Below are positions 1-13,436 of a stretch of 64,000 bases of DNA, in pieces (within the stretch, counting starts at the first letter, position 1; the number at the start of each line of letters is the position of its first letter). The translations under genes were made by a program, and so were the position numbers. The notes beneath the pieces were generated by a model. That model searched no databases and had not been told where the DNA came from. It worked only from the letters and a program-made list of their open reading frames with translations. The stretch is from Malacoraja senta (taxonomy: Eukaryota), in assembly GCA_038087875.1 (NCBI GenBank), contig CM075997.1:7380001-7444000 (forward strand), read 5' to 3'.

Positions 1-233
1 TATAGATGTGTATCTTATATTGGGGTGATCTGATGAGGGGCATAGATAGAGTGAACGCACACAGTCTCTTCTCTCAGGTTGGGAGTCAAGAATAGAAGGG
101 ATGAGTAATTGAAGAGCAACTTTTTCACACAGAAGGTGGGTATATGGAACAAACTGTCAGAAGAAGTGGTTGAAAGAGGTACAATAACAACATTTAATAG
201 GCGTGTGGTCAGGTACATGATAGAAAAGGTTAA

Positions 234-781
234 AGGGCCTGTCCCACTTGGGCGACCTAATCCGTGGGTTCTGGCGAGTTTGCCCTCGACTCATACTCAC
301 CGCATGGTCGACACGAGGTCGTAGGAGGTCTTCGTAACTCTCCTTCATGCTCGAGTGGTCTCCGCGTACTCGAGCCCTCAGCTAGGTCGCGGCGGTTTTT
401 TCAATATGTTAAAAAATGCCAGCGAGTCAAAAAAGGTCGCCATGGAAAAAATCTATACTTTTTTTACTTGTAGGTTTAGTCATATTAGGTCATAATAGGT
501 CGTAATAGGTTGGCATGCTAGTCGTAGGTGATCGAGGGTAGTCTAAGGTAGTCGTAGATAGTCTTCATCATAGTCGAAGGGAGGTCGAAGGGAGGTCGAA
601 GGAAGTCGTTTCACTCGCCACTATTCGGCGTCCAATTTTCCCGAAGCTAGTCGAAGCTGGTCTTTAACATAGTCGAAGGAAGTCGAAGGAGGTCTTCTAC
701 ATAGTTGAAGGAGGTCTTCGACCTCATTTTTTCAAACTCTTCTAAACTCGCCAATTAGTTCGCCCAAGTGGGACAGCCCCT
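234..781. mobile_element. MITE with AGGGCCTGTCCCACT TIRs (long subfamily), inserted in a CR1 fragment
   Basis: TIRs; flanks TAA/TTA; the interrupted CR1 sequence resumes. Confidence 0.85.
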
Positions 782-1442
782 TTAGAAAGGATATGGGTCA
801 AATGCTGGTAAATGGGACTAGTTTAGATGTGCATATTAGACAACATGTATGTGCTGGGTTGAGAGGCCTACTCCAATGCTGCATGATTCTATGACTAAAA
901 ATGTTTTAAAAGTCAATGATAAAGTAAAAAACTTGGCATGCCAGGATTGCCAATGTAAAGCATGAACAAATGGAGAAACGTTTCTCCAGAACTTATGACA
1001 AAGTAAGGGTACTTATTTTTACCCTTAAGAAGCCTTCCTGTCAAAATATTTACCAGTATCCTTGGTGAGAATTCCTCTGTCCAGCAGCTGCGGTGTCATC
1101 AACATGGGTCAGCAGCAAATTTCCAACAGCGAAGTATTTTAGCATTATATAAACTTGTTAAATGAAGAATTCGATGTTTTATATGCATGACATTTCAAAT
1201 TATGCATGGAAAGAAATGTGTCATCCTAAAATTTTCTTTTGGCCAAAAATAGTTTTGAAAGCAATTCTGGGTTGTTAAGTTATTTAAAAACGCATAGATC
1301 TACTGCAGGAAAGTGGAACATCTCAAGTTATTTTACAGAGTTACTTCAAAAGCAGATGAAATTCATTTCATAATAAGTGATTTCCCTTGATTGTGGTGAA
1401 GACGACTGTAAAAGATGGAGTCGGTGGAGGTGTGCTGAATAA

Positions 1443-1669
1443 AGGGCCTGTCCCACGTTCACGACCTAATTCATGACCTCTGCCGAGTTTGCCCTTGACT
1501 CATACTCGCAGCATGGTCATCACAAGGTCGTAGGTAGGTTGTAGCAGGCCGTGATGCTAGTCGTAGGTACTCGTGGCATCAAGTAGGTCGGGGCGTTTTT
1601 CTAGCATGATGAAAATTGTCCACGAGTTAAAAAGGTCGTGAATTAGGTCATGAAAGTGGGGCAGGCCCT
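1443..1669. mobile_element. MITE, same TIR family (short subfamily)
   Basis: TIRs; flanks TAA/TAA. Confidence 0.85.
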
Positions 1670-4399
1670 TAAATGATTTCAATTTGCATTGCATTTGTAA
1701 ACTTTAGTTGAAAATTCTGAGGTTACAATATAAAGATTCAATCTCCAATCACTGCCTGACAATAGAGGGATGAAATATATTTCTATTCACAATCACTATA
1801 TTTGTGCTTTTTTTAAAATGGAAGTTTGTTGGCAAAGAAATTCTTTTGAATCAAAGAATGAAAGTAATAATATTTTGACAAAAGACAAAATGGCCAAGAA
1901 ATTAATTTATAGGTAGTTACTTATTTCAGTGCCATGTGATTGAAAATACCCCTGTAAAATGTGTGAAAAGCAATAAGAGATTTTTCCAAATTCTTTTGCA
2001 CCACTCTGGAAATATAACCATATTTTTTCCGCCTACTGGATAGCACACACAAAAAGCTTTTCACTGTACCTCGGTAAACTGAACTGAATAACCAGGCACC
2101 TCCAGCATGACCGGGCGAGACCAAACGCAGGTTTGGCGATCGTTTGGCTGAACATCTCCGCTCAGTCCGATGTAACCAGCTGATCTCCCAGTTGCTCAGC
2201 ACTCATCTCCCCCTCCCATTCCCAATCTGACCTTTCTGGTACTCTGACAATGGAGGAGGCCCAGCGCGAATTGGAGGAACAGCACCTCATATTTCTCTTG
2301 GGTACACCCCAGCGGTATGAACATTGACTTGTCCAACTTCAGATAGCCCTTGCTTTCTCTCTCTATCCACTGAGAGGGGATCTTATTGAAACATATAAGA
2401 TTGTTACGGGTTTGGACACGCTAGAGGCAGGAAATATGTTCCCGATGTTGGGGGGTCCAGAACCAGGGGCCACAGTTTAAGAATAAGGGGTAAGCCATTT
2501 AGAACAGAGATGAGGAAACACTTTTTCACACAGAGAGTTGTAAGTCTGTGGAAATGTCTGCCTCTGATGGCGGTGGAGGCCGGTTCTCTGGATACTTTCA
2601 AGAGAGAGCTAGATAGGGCTCTTAAAGATAGCAGAGTCAGGGAATATGGGGAGAAGGCAGGAACGGGGTACTGATTGAGGATGATCAGCCATGATCACAT
2701 TGAATGGCGGTGCTGGCCCAGGGCCGAATGGCCTACTCCTGCATCTATTGTCTATTCATAAGTTCATAAGTTCCACTTCTAGTTAGAGTTTACTGTTCCA
2801 CTTCTAGTTTGATATTTTTGACCATGGTCTCCAGTTACAATGAGCCCTATTCAACCTCTTCTTCCATCTGGGCTCTTTACAGCCTACCACATTGAATCCT
2901 CCAGATTTATACAGCATATTCTTCTTGACAATATAAGAACCATTTTTTACCTGCCATCCTTCTTTATTTTTTACTCTATGCATAGTTTTGCTTGCTCAGC
3001 ATGTCCCAGTAGGCCAGAGTTACATTGGCAACAAGTTAAATAATCATCGTAATTGATAATAACATTGAATATAAAAGTTAGGAGGTCATGTTGCAGTTGT
3101 ATAAAACATTGGTGAGGCCACGTTTAAGTATTGTGGTCAGTTTTGGGCACCTTGTTATAGGAAAGATGTTGTCAAGCTGGAAAGGGTGCAGAGAAGATTT
3201 ACGAGGATGTTGCTCGGACTCGAGGGCCTGAGCTATAGGGAGACGTTGGGCAGGTTAGGACTGTTCCTTTGAGCGCAGGAGGATGAGCGGTGATCTTATA
3301 GAGGTGTACAAAACCATGAGAAGAATAGATCAGGTAAATGCATAGAGGCTCTTCCCCAGTGTACGAGAATCGAGAACCAGCGTACATAGGTTTAAGGTGA
3401 GAGAGGAAAGATTTAATAGGAATCTGAGGGGTAACTATTTCACGCAAAGGGTGGTGGATGTATGGAACGAGCTGCCGGAAATGGTAGTTGAGGCAGGGAC
3501 TATCGCAACATTTAAGAAACGTTTAGACAGGTACATGGATAGGACAGGTTTAGAGGGATATGGGCCAAATGCGTGCTGACTGGATAGCATGCAACAAAAG
3601 CTTTTCACTGTACCTCGGTACACGTGACAATAAACTAAACTGAACTGAACTGAACTGAGGTGCTATTAGTGTAGATGGGAAATATTGGCAGATTAGGCTA
3701 AAGGGCCTGTTCCACGCTTTAAGACTATGATTCTCTGACTATTAACTGATCACTTCTGCCACATGACTTCACTCCACTATGATAATTGCCCTTATTCCAT
3801 CTTTTTTGTCCTCCCTTGATTCCTATTAAATCTTTTCCCCTTCACCTTAAACCTATGTGATGTGTGATAAAATGTGTAACGCTATTTCACAAGTTAGTTC
3901 CTTGGATCTCAGGTGCCACTGAAGTTTGCAGAGGTGGGCTGATGAATTTGATACCCTTAAGTGTATTTTAAGAATCTCTAATGTTACAACCATATGTACC
4001 TTAACCATCTTGCTCCCTTATCCCCAAAAATCAGATGCACATTGATTTTTTTTACATCCAACATGCACATTCAGATGCACATTGACCTTACATTCTCCCC
4101 ATATCCCTCGATTCCATTAGCCCTAAGAGCTATATCTAACTCACTATTGATGTATTCAAGAGAGAGTTAGATGTTGCTCTTAGGGAACGGGGTATTGATT
4201 TTAGATGATCTGCCATGATCATATTGAGTAGCGGTGCTGGCTCAAAGGGCCGAATGGCCTACTCCTGCACCTATTTTCTATGTTTCCATGTTTCTATGTT
4301 TACATACACTTTTTCTTCTTCTTGTGTATGGCGTGCACAGCCTAAAGTTGTAGGTCAACTTGTTCTATTTGATCTATTTGTTTGTGCTTACAATACTGC

Positions 4400-5028
4400 T
4401 TTAGCGAGACAGGCAGGTTGAGTTAAATAACTTTTATTGACAAATAAAAACGGTAATTCAACTCGGTGACACACGTGCCTGACTAGCTAACATGAGAATA
4501 GCTCCAGTTGCTGGGAGGAGCGCTGACGATCAAAGATCCTAATGCGAGCAAGATAGTCCCAATGGGCTGACGTGTAGTACGCAACGGAGCGGAACGTCGG
4601 TAATTTCTTCGGCCATTTCAGTAATCACGACTCGACTTTGGTTATCCCTCTCGCAGTATAATCAACGTTGTGGGGGAACAGTTTGTGTTAATAAATTATA
4701 ATTCTGAAAATGAGAAGATTTATACCAAAGAACTTTGATTTTTACGAGAATGTTTCCGTAACCGGCTTCCGTCTCCGCACTAGTATCTTTGCTCCGCTAT
4801 GGGATCTTTGGTGCGGAGACGGAAGCCGGTTACGGAAATGGGGCCGAAATTACCCATCTGCCCATGCCCGTACTATGCCTTTTTCGTAGAGTGGACTATC
4901 TTGCTCGCTATAGGATCTTTGCTGACGACTGACTGGAAAGCCCGCGAACGAACCTCCGCGGTCACGTGATGGAGCCAACCAATGACGAGGGTTCGAACTT
5001 CCCCAAACCACCACTAGGTGCCGCTACA
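4400..5028 (-). mobile_element. Solo LTR (Gypsy-like), interrupted by a hAT MITE
   Basis: Termini T(T)TAGCG...CGCTACA; 4-bp TSD CTGC (4396-4399 and 5029-5032); AATAAA on the minus strand near 4433-4438. Confidence 0.7.
4531..4921. mobile_element. hAT-like MITE
   Basis: ~29-bp TIRs CAAAGATCCTA..GCGAGCAAGATAGTCC; 8-bp TSD CTGACGAT/CTGACGAC. Confidence 0.8.
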
Positions 5029-5124
5029 CTGCATTATATTGACCAGGCTATAGTATTTTGGTAGAAAGCTTGGTATAGAATCAGAATGTGTTCACCAAGT
5101 TCTTTCAATTTTCTTTTGTCTTAG

Positions 5125-5280
5125 ATTTTAGAAATTGGAAATCTAATTTCTGTTCCAAATCCCTCATTTCCCCTCTGGTATTTGACCGATCATAGTCCAG
5201 TTCTGATACTTGGAGGAATTTCTAATCGCAAGGTTATTCTTTTCACCACCAATGAATTTGACGATTTTTCAATTTTGGAG
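5125..5280 (+). CDS. CATSPERG: CatSper gamma coding exon A (156 nt, phase 0-0): [52 protein letters not shown]
   Basis: ttag|...|gtaatt splice sites. Matches the recalled mammalian CATSPERG segment [37 protein letters not shown]. Confidence 0.92.
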
Positions 5281-5892
5281 GTAATTTGCAATTTTATTTA
5301 AATGCTTTGAATTCAAGTATTTAAGCACAATTATAACTGCTGTATTTGTGTAACACTTTTCCTCACCTCATGATATCTAAAACCATTTAGCAATGAAAGA
5401 TATTCCACTGAAGTGAAGTTTACAATCATATAACATGACCTAACAGAGATTTTAAGGTTGTAGATAGAGTAGTTGCTTAGATATTTGATCGCATAATACT
5501 ATTGGTATTATGAGTTGTGTCCCATCATTTTGGAACTTTATCCAGACTCCCTGAGATAGGTCACCATTGTGCCCTTACACAACATCTAAGGACAAGATGC
5601 CATTTCCCATTCTATAGGAGCATTGCAGAGGGACTAGGACCATAGTCCTATGGGTACCTGTCATTTTCACACTGGAAACTCCATGGTCTTGCTAAGTCAG
5701 TGAGGCAAGAGATACAGGTAAGTGAATTACTTACCTTTATCCTTGATGCATCACAAACCTCCCTCTTGGCTCTCTGCCACTTCACATTTGACATTTAGGG
5801 GTTTTATCATTGCCTTTGTTCCAGTCAACATCATGTCAGGTCACTATTGACTGGAAACATAAATAGACATATGATTCCAAGAATAAATTGGA

Positions 5893-6223
5893 GGGTGTCA
5901 CAGTGGCGCAGTGGTAGAGTTGCTGTCTTACAGCGCTTGCAGCACTGGAGACCCGGGTTCGATCCCGACTATGGGTGCCGTCTGTACGGAGTTTGTACCT
6001 TCTCCCCGTGACCTGCGTGTGTTTTCTCAGAGATCTTCAGTTTCCTCCCACACTGCAAAAACGCACAGGTTTATAGGTTAATTGCCTTGGTATAAGCGTA
6101 AAATTATCCCTAGTGTGTGTAGGATAGTGTTAATGTGCGGGGTTCACTGGTCGGTGCGGATTTGATGGGCCGAGGGGCCTGTTTCTGCACTGTATCTCTA
6201 AACTAAAAATCTAAACTCTAAAC
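5893..6223 (+). mobile_element. tRNA-derived V-SINE (HE1-like); other copies at ~29189-29473, 39279-39575, 54188-54350, 58617-58937 (+) and 40790-40898, 62700-62838 (-)
   Basis: A box (TGGCGCAGTGG), B box (GGTTCGATCCC), V-domain-like TTCTCCCCGTG...GGTTTCCTCCCAC, CR1-like tail ending (CTAAA)n. Confidence 0.85.
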
Positions 6224-6414
6224 TGTATCTTTAACGGCATCTTGTAATCCATCAGTGTTTACTCTCCGAAGGCAATAGAACCCCACCACTTCCAATTTCT
6301 ATTGCTACTTCCATCCCTTCTTTCTCACTTTGAAGAATGAAACAAATACTGAATTTATGATTTGTTCACTTAAAAAAAAATTCACGATTACTTTCCATTC
6401 TGTTCTATTTTCAG

Positions 6415-6586
6415 CTGAATATTGATAGTTGTTGGATTGGCTCCCTTAGTTGTCCACAAGGGTTATTCTCTGCCACAGTATATGATGCCATTGCTACTGA
6501 AAGTATGCTGTTTATACGCCAGAATCAACTGATGTATTATTTTAAAGGAAATTTAACCTTACTTCGCTCAACAGAAAGTGGATCAG
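6415..6586 (+). CDS. CATSPERG: CATSPERG exon B (172 nt, phase 0-1): [57 protein letters not shown]
   Basis: tttcag|...|gtac. Close match to mammalian LSIDSCWVGSFYCP...[22 protein letters not shown]. Confidence 0.95.
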
Positions 6587-6957
6587 GTACTATCAGTTCA
6601 TTTTAAAGCTTTATGAAGAAACTACAAATGCTGGTTTAAACTGAAGATAGACACAAAATGCTGGAGTAACTCAGCGGGACAGGCAGCATCTCTGGAGAGA
6701 AGGAATGGGTGACGTTTCGGGTCAAGACTGAGGAAGTGTCTCGATCTGAAATGTCACCCATTCCTTCTATTCAGAGATACTGCCTGTTACTTCAGCATTT
6801 TGTGTCTATCTTATTCAAGCTTGCTTCACTATTAATATTACATGGGGGGAGAATATAAAAGTATAACAGGAACAGGGTTACACTGATACAATAGATTTGT
6901 ATGTATTTATATCAAAAGTAGTTTCACTGATGTTTTCAAAAGGTTCGAGCATGGTAA

Positions 6958-7194
6958 AGGGCCTGTCCCACTTTCAGGACCTAATTCTCGACCTTTTTTA
7001 CTCGTGGACATTTTTCATCATGCTAGAAAAACGCCCCGACCTACTTGATGCCACGAGTACCTACGACTAGCATCACGGCCTGCTACGACCTACCTACGAC
7101 CTCCTACGACCTTGTGACGACCATGCTGCGCGTCTGAGTCAAGGGCAAACTCGACAGAGGTCGTGAATTAGGTCGTGAAAGTGGGACAGGCCCT
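6958..7194. mobile_element. MITE, same TIR family (short subfamily, reverse orientation)
   Basis: TIRs; flanks TAA/TGA. Confidence 0.85.
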
Positions 7195-8018
7195 TGACAA
7201 ATGGAAATTCACTCTTTATGTTTCATGCCATCTTCAAACACGCCTGGTTCATTACTTTATCGTGGAAGAAATCAGGAAGGATGTTGACCCCTTAAGATGT
7301 ATTGACATTGTGCGATTAGGAAATTGTGCACATAGTGCTAGCACTTTCAACGCCTCCTTACCTTGTGTTTATACCACATTATGGTGGGGACTTGACAAAT
7401 TGTTGATTGTATTGATAATAGCTTTAATCTTGCCTGAAGAAAATATTGGAATTTTATCAATGAGTTCCACTAACTTCATATCTAACAGTTAGACATTCTT
7501 CAATAATGTTCTTCATGGCATCTATAAAGCTAAAAACAGAGCCACCCTCATATTTCAATTACAATCCTCCTGAAGAAGAGTCTCGACCCGAAACGCCGCC
7601 CATTCCTTCTCTCCAGAGGTGCTGCCTGACCCGCTGAGTTACTCCAGCATTTTGTGATAATCCTCCTGGAAGTTGTATTAGCTGCTTCAAACTTTGCTCG
7701 GACTGGCACTATTGATATTAGTATTGTTTATTATTGTCACATGTACCGAGATACAGTGAGGAATCATTGTGTGTTATCCAGGACCACCTTCTTTTTGTGT
7801 CCATCTTGTTACAAATGTTGACCTCTCTGTCATCGTCCATCCTGAAAAGGACGCAAGCTTCCGGCGACAATCAGTGGAAACCATCACTTGTCGCAATAGA
7901 TGATGGCAGTAGCAGAATTAGCTCAGGATGCTTCCAGTTTCCAGCCCCGCAACATGGATGCTTCTGCAATGGGGCCGTTATCCAGGATGATGGTGCCCTA
8001 TCATATCAAGTAGAAAAC

Positions 8019-8220
8019 GAGATGAGTTGTTTGGCCTGCCCTGTGCTTGAAACTGAAATGCCAATGGAAATGAAATGAAATGCAAATGAGATGAGTTGTT
8101 TGGCCTACCCTGTGCTTGAAACTGAAATGGCGATGGAAATGAAATGAAATGAAAATGAGATGAATTGTTTGGCCTGGCCTGTGCTTGAAACTGAACTGGC
8201 AATGGAATTGAAAATGAAAA
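8019..8220 (+). repeat. ~69-bp tandem repeat, 3 copies
   Basis: GAGATGAGTTGTTTGGCCT.CCCTGTGCTTGAAACTGAA.TG.C.ATGGAA(ATGAA)n. Confidence 0.85.
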
Positions 8221-9427
8221 TAAATCAAAATAGAGTGCAGCAAATAGTGCTAAAGCTACAGAGAAAGTGCAGATTAAATGCAAGGCCCATAACAAGGTAG
8301 AGTGGAAGATCGGGAATTCATCCCCAGCACATGAGAGTTCCGTCCATGAGTTTGCTATACCAAGCTGTGATACATCTGGACAGAATAGGTGCTTCTGCAG
8401 AAATTGGTGCGAGCCGTTGGAGACACATGCAGAGACTTCTTCCCTTCCATATTGAAATCTGATATCTAGAAAAGTGCAACGATTAAAAATCACGATGATA
8501 CATAGTTAAAATTACTGAGAATTAATGAGCTCTGTCATCAAAATTCTTGCTGCTAAAACATTGGCATTTTGATAGTTGCAAATAAGGTAATCTGTTGCTG
8601 AATAATTTTGAATGCTAAAACTAATGACAACATTTGAATGGGATGGAAAACATAAGTGACAAGGATACTGAATCGAACATATGTGCAAAGTACCTACACA
8701 TAATGCATTTTATTTTCCAGATATCTGTTGATTTGTTCTGGCCTTTTCCCACTTCTAGTTCCCTCCCCTCTAGTTTCAGTCTGAAGAGAGGTTCCGACTC
8801 GAAATGTCGCCCATCCTTTTTCTCCAGAGATGCCTCCTGACCCGCTGAGTTACTCCCGCACTTTGTGTCTATCTTCATTATAAATTATGAGATGGAACAA
8901 TAGGTTTTGATGAAGAATATTGTGGAAAACAAAAGCAATCAATTTTGAAAGCAATGTTACAGATACCTGGAGCAAAACACAAAGTATTGGATAACTCGTT
9001 GTTTAAGAAGTAACTGCAGATGCTGGAAAATTGAAGATAGACAAAAATGCTGGAGAAACTCAGCGGGTGAGGCAGCATCTATGGAGCAACAATACGGACC
9101 CACTGAGTTATTGGATAACTCAGTGGGTCAGGCAACATCTCTGGAGGACATTTATACATGACGTTTCGGGCAGGGTTCATTCTTAGATTACTCCCTGTTT
9201 TTAACCAATTTGACCCATGTGAATTGTGTAAATCAATTGAATTTTATCCAATTATCCTTATGGAAACATGTGGTATAGCTAAAAACCTTGGATTTTCCTG
9301 CTTTGTGGCCTTTTTCATAGTACAGGTCCATTTAGCCTTAAAATCTCTGAGGGAGCCTAAATTTGGTTCGAAGCTTAGAATGCATATCAGGTCTCTCTGA
9401 AGTGATATTTGCTTTTCTGTTTTGCAG

Positions 9428-9565
9428 ACAACTGGATTCGTTTGTTGTTCAATGTTTGCGTGGAAAAACTAGTTCCAGTGTTTCTTGTACAGAATGATGA
9501 AGAAAAACTGTTTGTTATTGGAGGGGGCAAGCATAAAGCACTGACCTTCATTCTCACGATCAGAG
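9428..9565 (+). CDS. CATSPERG: CATSPERG exon C (138 nt, phase 1-1): DNWIRLLFNVCVEKLVPVFLVQNDEEKLFVIGGGKHKALTFILTIR
   Basis: ttgcag|...|gtttga. Phase-compatible with neighbours; aligns to SWIRVLASECIKKLCPV...GKH...TIR. Confidence 0.9.
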
Positions 9566-9727
9566 GTTTGACAATGTTATGAAAATACAAGAGTTCTGCA
9601 CAGTATTTAAAACTTTACTATTACAAATTTGAGCGTTCTGCTTTGAAATTCCATTAAATTAAATATGTGTAGGAAACAACTGCAGGTGCTGGTTTACACC
9701 AAAGATAGACACAAAATGCTGGAGTTA

Positions 9728-9942
9728 AGGGCCTGCCCCACTTTCACGACCTAATTCACGACCTTTTTTACTCGTGGACATTTTTCATCATGCTAGAAAA
9801 ATGCCCCGACCTACTTGATGCCACGAGTATCTACGACTAGCATTACCGCCTGCTACGACCTACCTACAACTTCGTGACGACCATGCTGCAAGTATGAGTC
9901 AAGGGCAAACTCGGCAGAGGTCGTGAAAGTGGGACAGGCCCT
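9728..9942. mobile_element. MITE, same TIR family, inserted in a Penelope-derived repeat
   Basis: TIRs; flanks TTA/TAA; host sequence ggagTAActcag. Confidence 0.85.
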
Positions 9943-11509
9943 TAACTCAGCCGGACGGACACAAAATGCTGGGGTTATCAGGAAGAAAGGCCTCTACCCA
10001 AAACGTCATCCATTCCTTCTCTCCGGAGATGCTGTCTGTCCCGCTGAGTTACTCCAGCATTTTGTGTCTATCTTCCATGAAATTAGATATTTTGGAAAGC
10101 ATTATTTCTCATGGTTCATACGTAATAGGAACAAAAATAGTTCAATGGATCCAAAAATTATTTCAAGGGTTTTGATAGAAAATGAAAGGCAATGAATATT
10201 GTTTAAATGGTTTCTTGAAACATAGAAACATAGATAGAAACATAGAAAATAGGTGCAGGAGGAGGCCATTCAGCCCTTCGAGCCAGCACCGCCATTCATT
10301 GTGATCATGGCTGATCGTCCCAAATCAATAACCCGTGCCTGCCTTCTCCCCATATCCCTTGATTCCACTAGCCCCGAGAGCTCTATCTAACTCTCTCTTA
10401 AATCCATCCAATGATTTGGCCTTGAAGGTTGAGGTGGGATAGCTTGGACCTTCTTTAAGCCAATTGGAATAATTTTCAACGCTAAAAACTAATGACCACA
10501 TTTGAATGGGATGGAAAACATAAGTGACAAGGATTGGAGTCTCAATTATGCTTGTATACTGAATCGAACATATGTGCAAAGTACCTACACATAATGCATT
10601 TTATTTTCCTGATATCGTTAAAAGCAACAGTGGTTGAAGAAATCAAGGATTCCCACTTGATTTAGCCTTGATGGAACTAAAATACTGTAGATAACAACTG
10701 TTATCGTCTCTTAACTGCACTTTAAAATAGTCTTCAAATTGTTCCAGAAGAAAAGAAAAATCATATGAGCAACATTGCTTTAACAAAATTAGGGCATGGC
10801 AAAAATCATGTCTTCAAACAAACTCCACCTTAAGTCTGAAGAAGGGTCTCGACCCGAAACGTTGCCTATTTCATTCGCTCCATAGATGCTGCCTCACCCG
10901 CTGAGTTTCTCCAGCATTTTTGTCTGCCTGTCCACCTTAAGAATAAATTATTCTGTTGGAAGTAGAGCCAAAATGACATAATTCATCCAGCTTTTCTGTT
11001 CTTTGTATTGTATTTTTTGTCTTTTGTGTATATCTAATTACCTTTCATAAGTTACTATTATGGACTTTATCTTGCACTAAACATTATTCCCTTTTATCCT
11101 GTATGTTCACCGTGGACTGCATGATTGTACTTACGTATATTCTTTAAGCTGACAGGATAGCACACAACAAAACTGTTTTAATAATATTAAAAGCTTTACT
11201 AACAAAATTTACTAACCTAAACTAAATTTGCTACACTAATTTACTTTACTAACAACCTTCAAAAGTTTTACTAACTCAATAAACTGAACTAAACTAAAGT
11301 GAACTGAACTAAATTGTTTCAAAACTTAATAACCACATAAGGTTTTCCTTTCAACTTTTGCTCTTTTGTCCAATCACCTGTGCCACTTTTAGACAAAGGA
11401 AATCTTTAGGCTTTATTTACATCCAATAATTTGAGATGCTATCAAATCTCTGCTCAGTTTAGAACCCAATCGTCTCTAGGTACTGGCATAACTGCAATCC
11501 CTGTGCGTT

Positions 11510-13000
11510 AGAAATTGTGTCTTACAAATTTGATTGAGTTTTTTGAAGAGGTGATAAAGGGTCTGTCCCACTTTCACGACCTAATTCACGACCTCTGCCG
11601 AGTTTACCCTTGACATACTCGCAGCATGGTCCTAGGAGGTTGTAGGAGGTCATAGGAGGTTGTAGGTAGGTCGTAGGTAGGCCGTGATGCTAGTCGTAGG
11701 TACTCGTGGCATCAAGTAGGTTGGGGCGTTTTTTCTAGCCTGATGAAAAATGTCCACGAGTAAAAAATGTCATGAATTAGGTCGTGAAAGTGGTACAGGC
11801 CCTTAAAGAAGATTGACAAGGGCAAGGCGGTCAATGTTTTCTACATGGACTTTAACAAGGCTGTTGACAAGGATCTGTAGGTTAGACCCGTCTGGATCGG
11901 AGGTGAGCTAGCCAATTGGATACAAAATTAGAGATAGACACAAAAAGCTGGAGTAACTCAGTGGGACAGGCAGAGATGCTACCTGCCTAAAATCTACAAA
12001 ATTAGATTAATGGAAGGAGTAAGAGGGTGGTCGTTGAGGCCTGCGAGCAGCAATGTGCTGCAGGGATCAATGTTGGGTTCACTGTTGCTTGATGCAGTAT
12101 TAACTATTTGGACAACAATGGTGTTAACATGGTTAGTAAGTTTGCGGTTTAAGGGGAGAGGAGGAATTTTTTTTAAAGACAAGAAGAGCAACATTCTCAC
12201 ACATATTGTTGCATTTTGGGATGTCTAATATGGGCAGGGCCCACACAATTAATGGTAGGGGGTCTGGGGCATGTTATAGAGCAGAAGGATCTAGGAGTGC
12301 AGGTACATAGTTCCGTGAAGGTGGCGTAGCAGGTAGGTAGGGTGGACAAAAAGGCTTTTGGCACATTGGTGTTCATCAGCCAGAGTATTGAGTAAAGAAG
12401 TTGGGTGGACCTGTTGTAGTTACTTAGTTGGGAAGATGTTGGTGATGCCGCATTTAGAGTATTGTGTTCAGTTGTGGGCACTCACTGTGTTATAGGAAAG
12501 ATGTTGTCAAGCTGGAAATGGTACAGAGAAGATTTATGAGGCTATTGCCAGGACTCGAGGGTCTGAGCTATAGGGAGAGGTTGAGTAGGCTGGACTCTAT
12601 TCCTTGGAGCGCAGGAGGATGAGGGGTGATCTTATCAAAGTGTATAAAATCACGAGAGGAATAGATCGGGTAGATGCACAGAGCCTCTTGCCCAGAGTAG
12701 GGGAATCAAGGATCAGAGGACTTAGGTTTAAAGTGAAGGGGAAAAGATTTAATAGGAATCTGAAGGGTAACCTTTTCACACAAAGGGTGGTGGTTGTATG
12801 GAATGAGTTACCAGAGGAAGTAGTTGAGGCTGGGATTATCCCAACGTTTAAGAACAAATTAGACAGGTACATGGATAGTTCAGGTTTAGAGGGATATGTG
12901 CCAAACACAAGCAGGTGGGACTAGTGAAACTGGGACATGTGGGCAAGTTTGGCTGAAGGTCCGGTTTCCATGCTGGATGACTCTCTGACTATGACTCTAT
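11510..13000 (+). mobile_element. 5'-truncated decayed CR1; other CR1 3' fragments at ~1-895, 2371-2757, 3058-3730, 13690-14262, 23481-23990, 24548-25720, 27270-28250, 37148-37523 (+) and 37524-37890, 41090-41330, 50524-51145, 59220-59450 (-)
   Basis: Translations resemble the C-terminus of the intact CR1 ORF2 (ERRRMRGDLIEVYKI...FTQRVVGVWNELP...LDRYMD) and end in CR1 tails. Confidence 0.9.
11558..11803. mobile_element. MITE, same TIR family, inserted in CR1
   Basis: TIRs; flanks TAA/TAA. Confidence 0.85.
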
Positions 13001-13194
13001 GAGTGTGGTGAGGCTTATGGGCCAAACACAGCCTAATTGGACTGGCTCAGATCGACATTGATCGGCATGGATGAGTTTAACCTAAAGACCAGTTTTTGTG
13101 CTGCAGAACTCTATGACAAGCTTCATAGAAGAGATGGAGTGGAAAGATTAGAAAGAGAATTCAAGTATTTGGAGTGTAGACACGGAACTGCAGA

Positions 13195-13436
13195 TAATAA
13201 TAATAATAATAATATTTGTATTTATATAGCACTTTTCAATCAAATCACTTGAAACCAAAGTGCTTTACAGAGAATTATCCATATCCATATGTTGATATCA
13301 ACATATCAACATTCACACGCAGGCAAAGGTGGGTGAAGTGTCTTGCCCAAGGACACAACGACAGTATGCACTCCAAGCGGGATTCGAACCGGCTACCTTC
13401 CGGTTTCCAGCCGAACACTTAGCCCATTGCGCTGAT
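13195..13436 (-). mobile_element. tRNA-derived SINE with an L2-like 3' tail
   Basis: Minus strand: GGTTCGAATCC B box, TGTGTCCTTGGGCAAGACACTT core, TGTAAAGCACTTTG...AAAAGTGCTATATAAATA(TTA)n tail; CAGAT flanking repeat. Confidence 0.8.

Noticed and set aside
1339..1440. Possible upstream CATSPERG exon after ttttacag
   Set aside because: In-frame stops and no similarity to the expected F.MNINGFL segment.
5893..5975. tRNA-like sequences with A and B boxes (also 13360-13436, 39279, 58617)
   Set aside because: They are SINE heads continuing into SINE bodies and tails; no complete cloverleaf.
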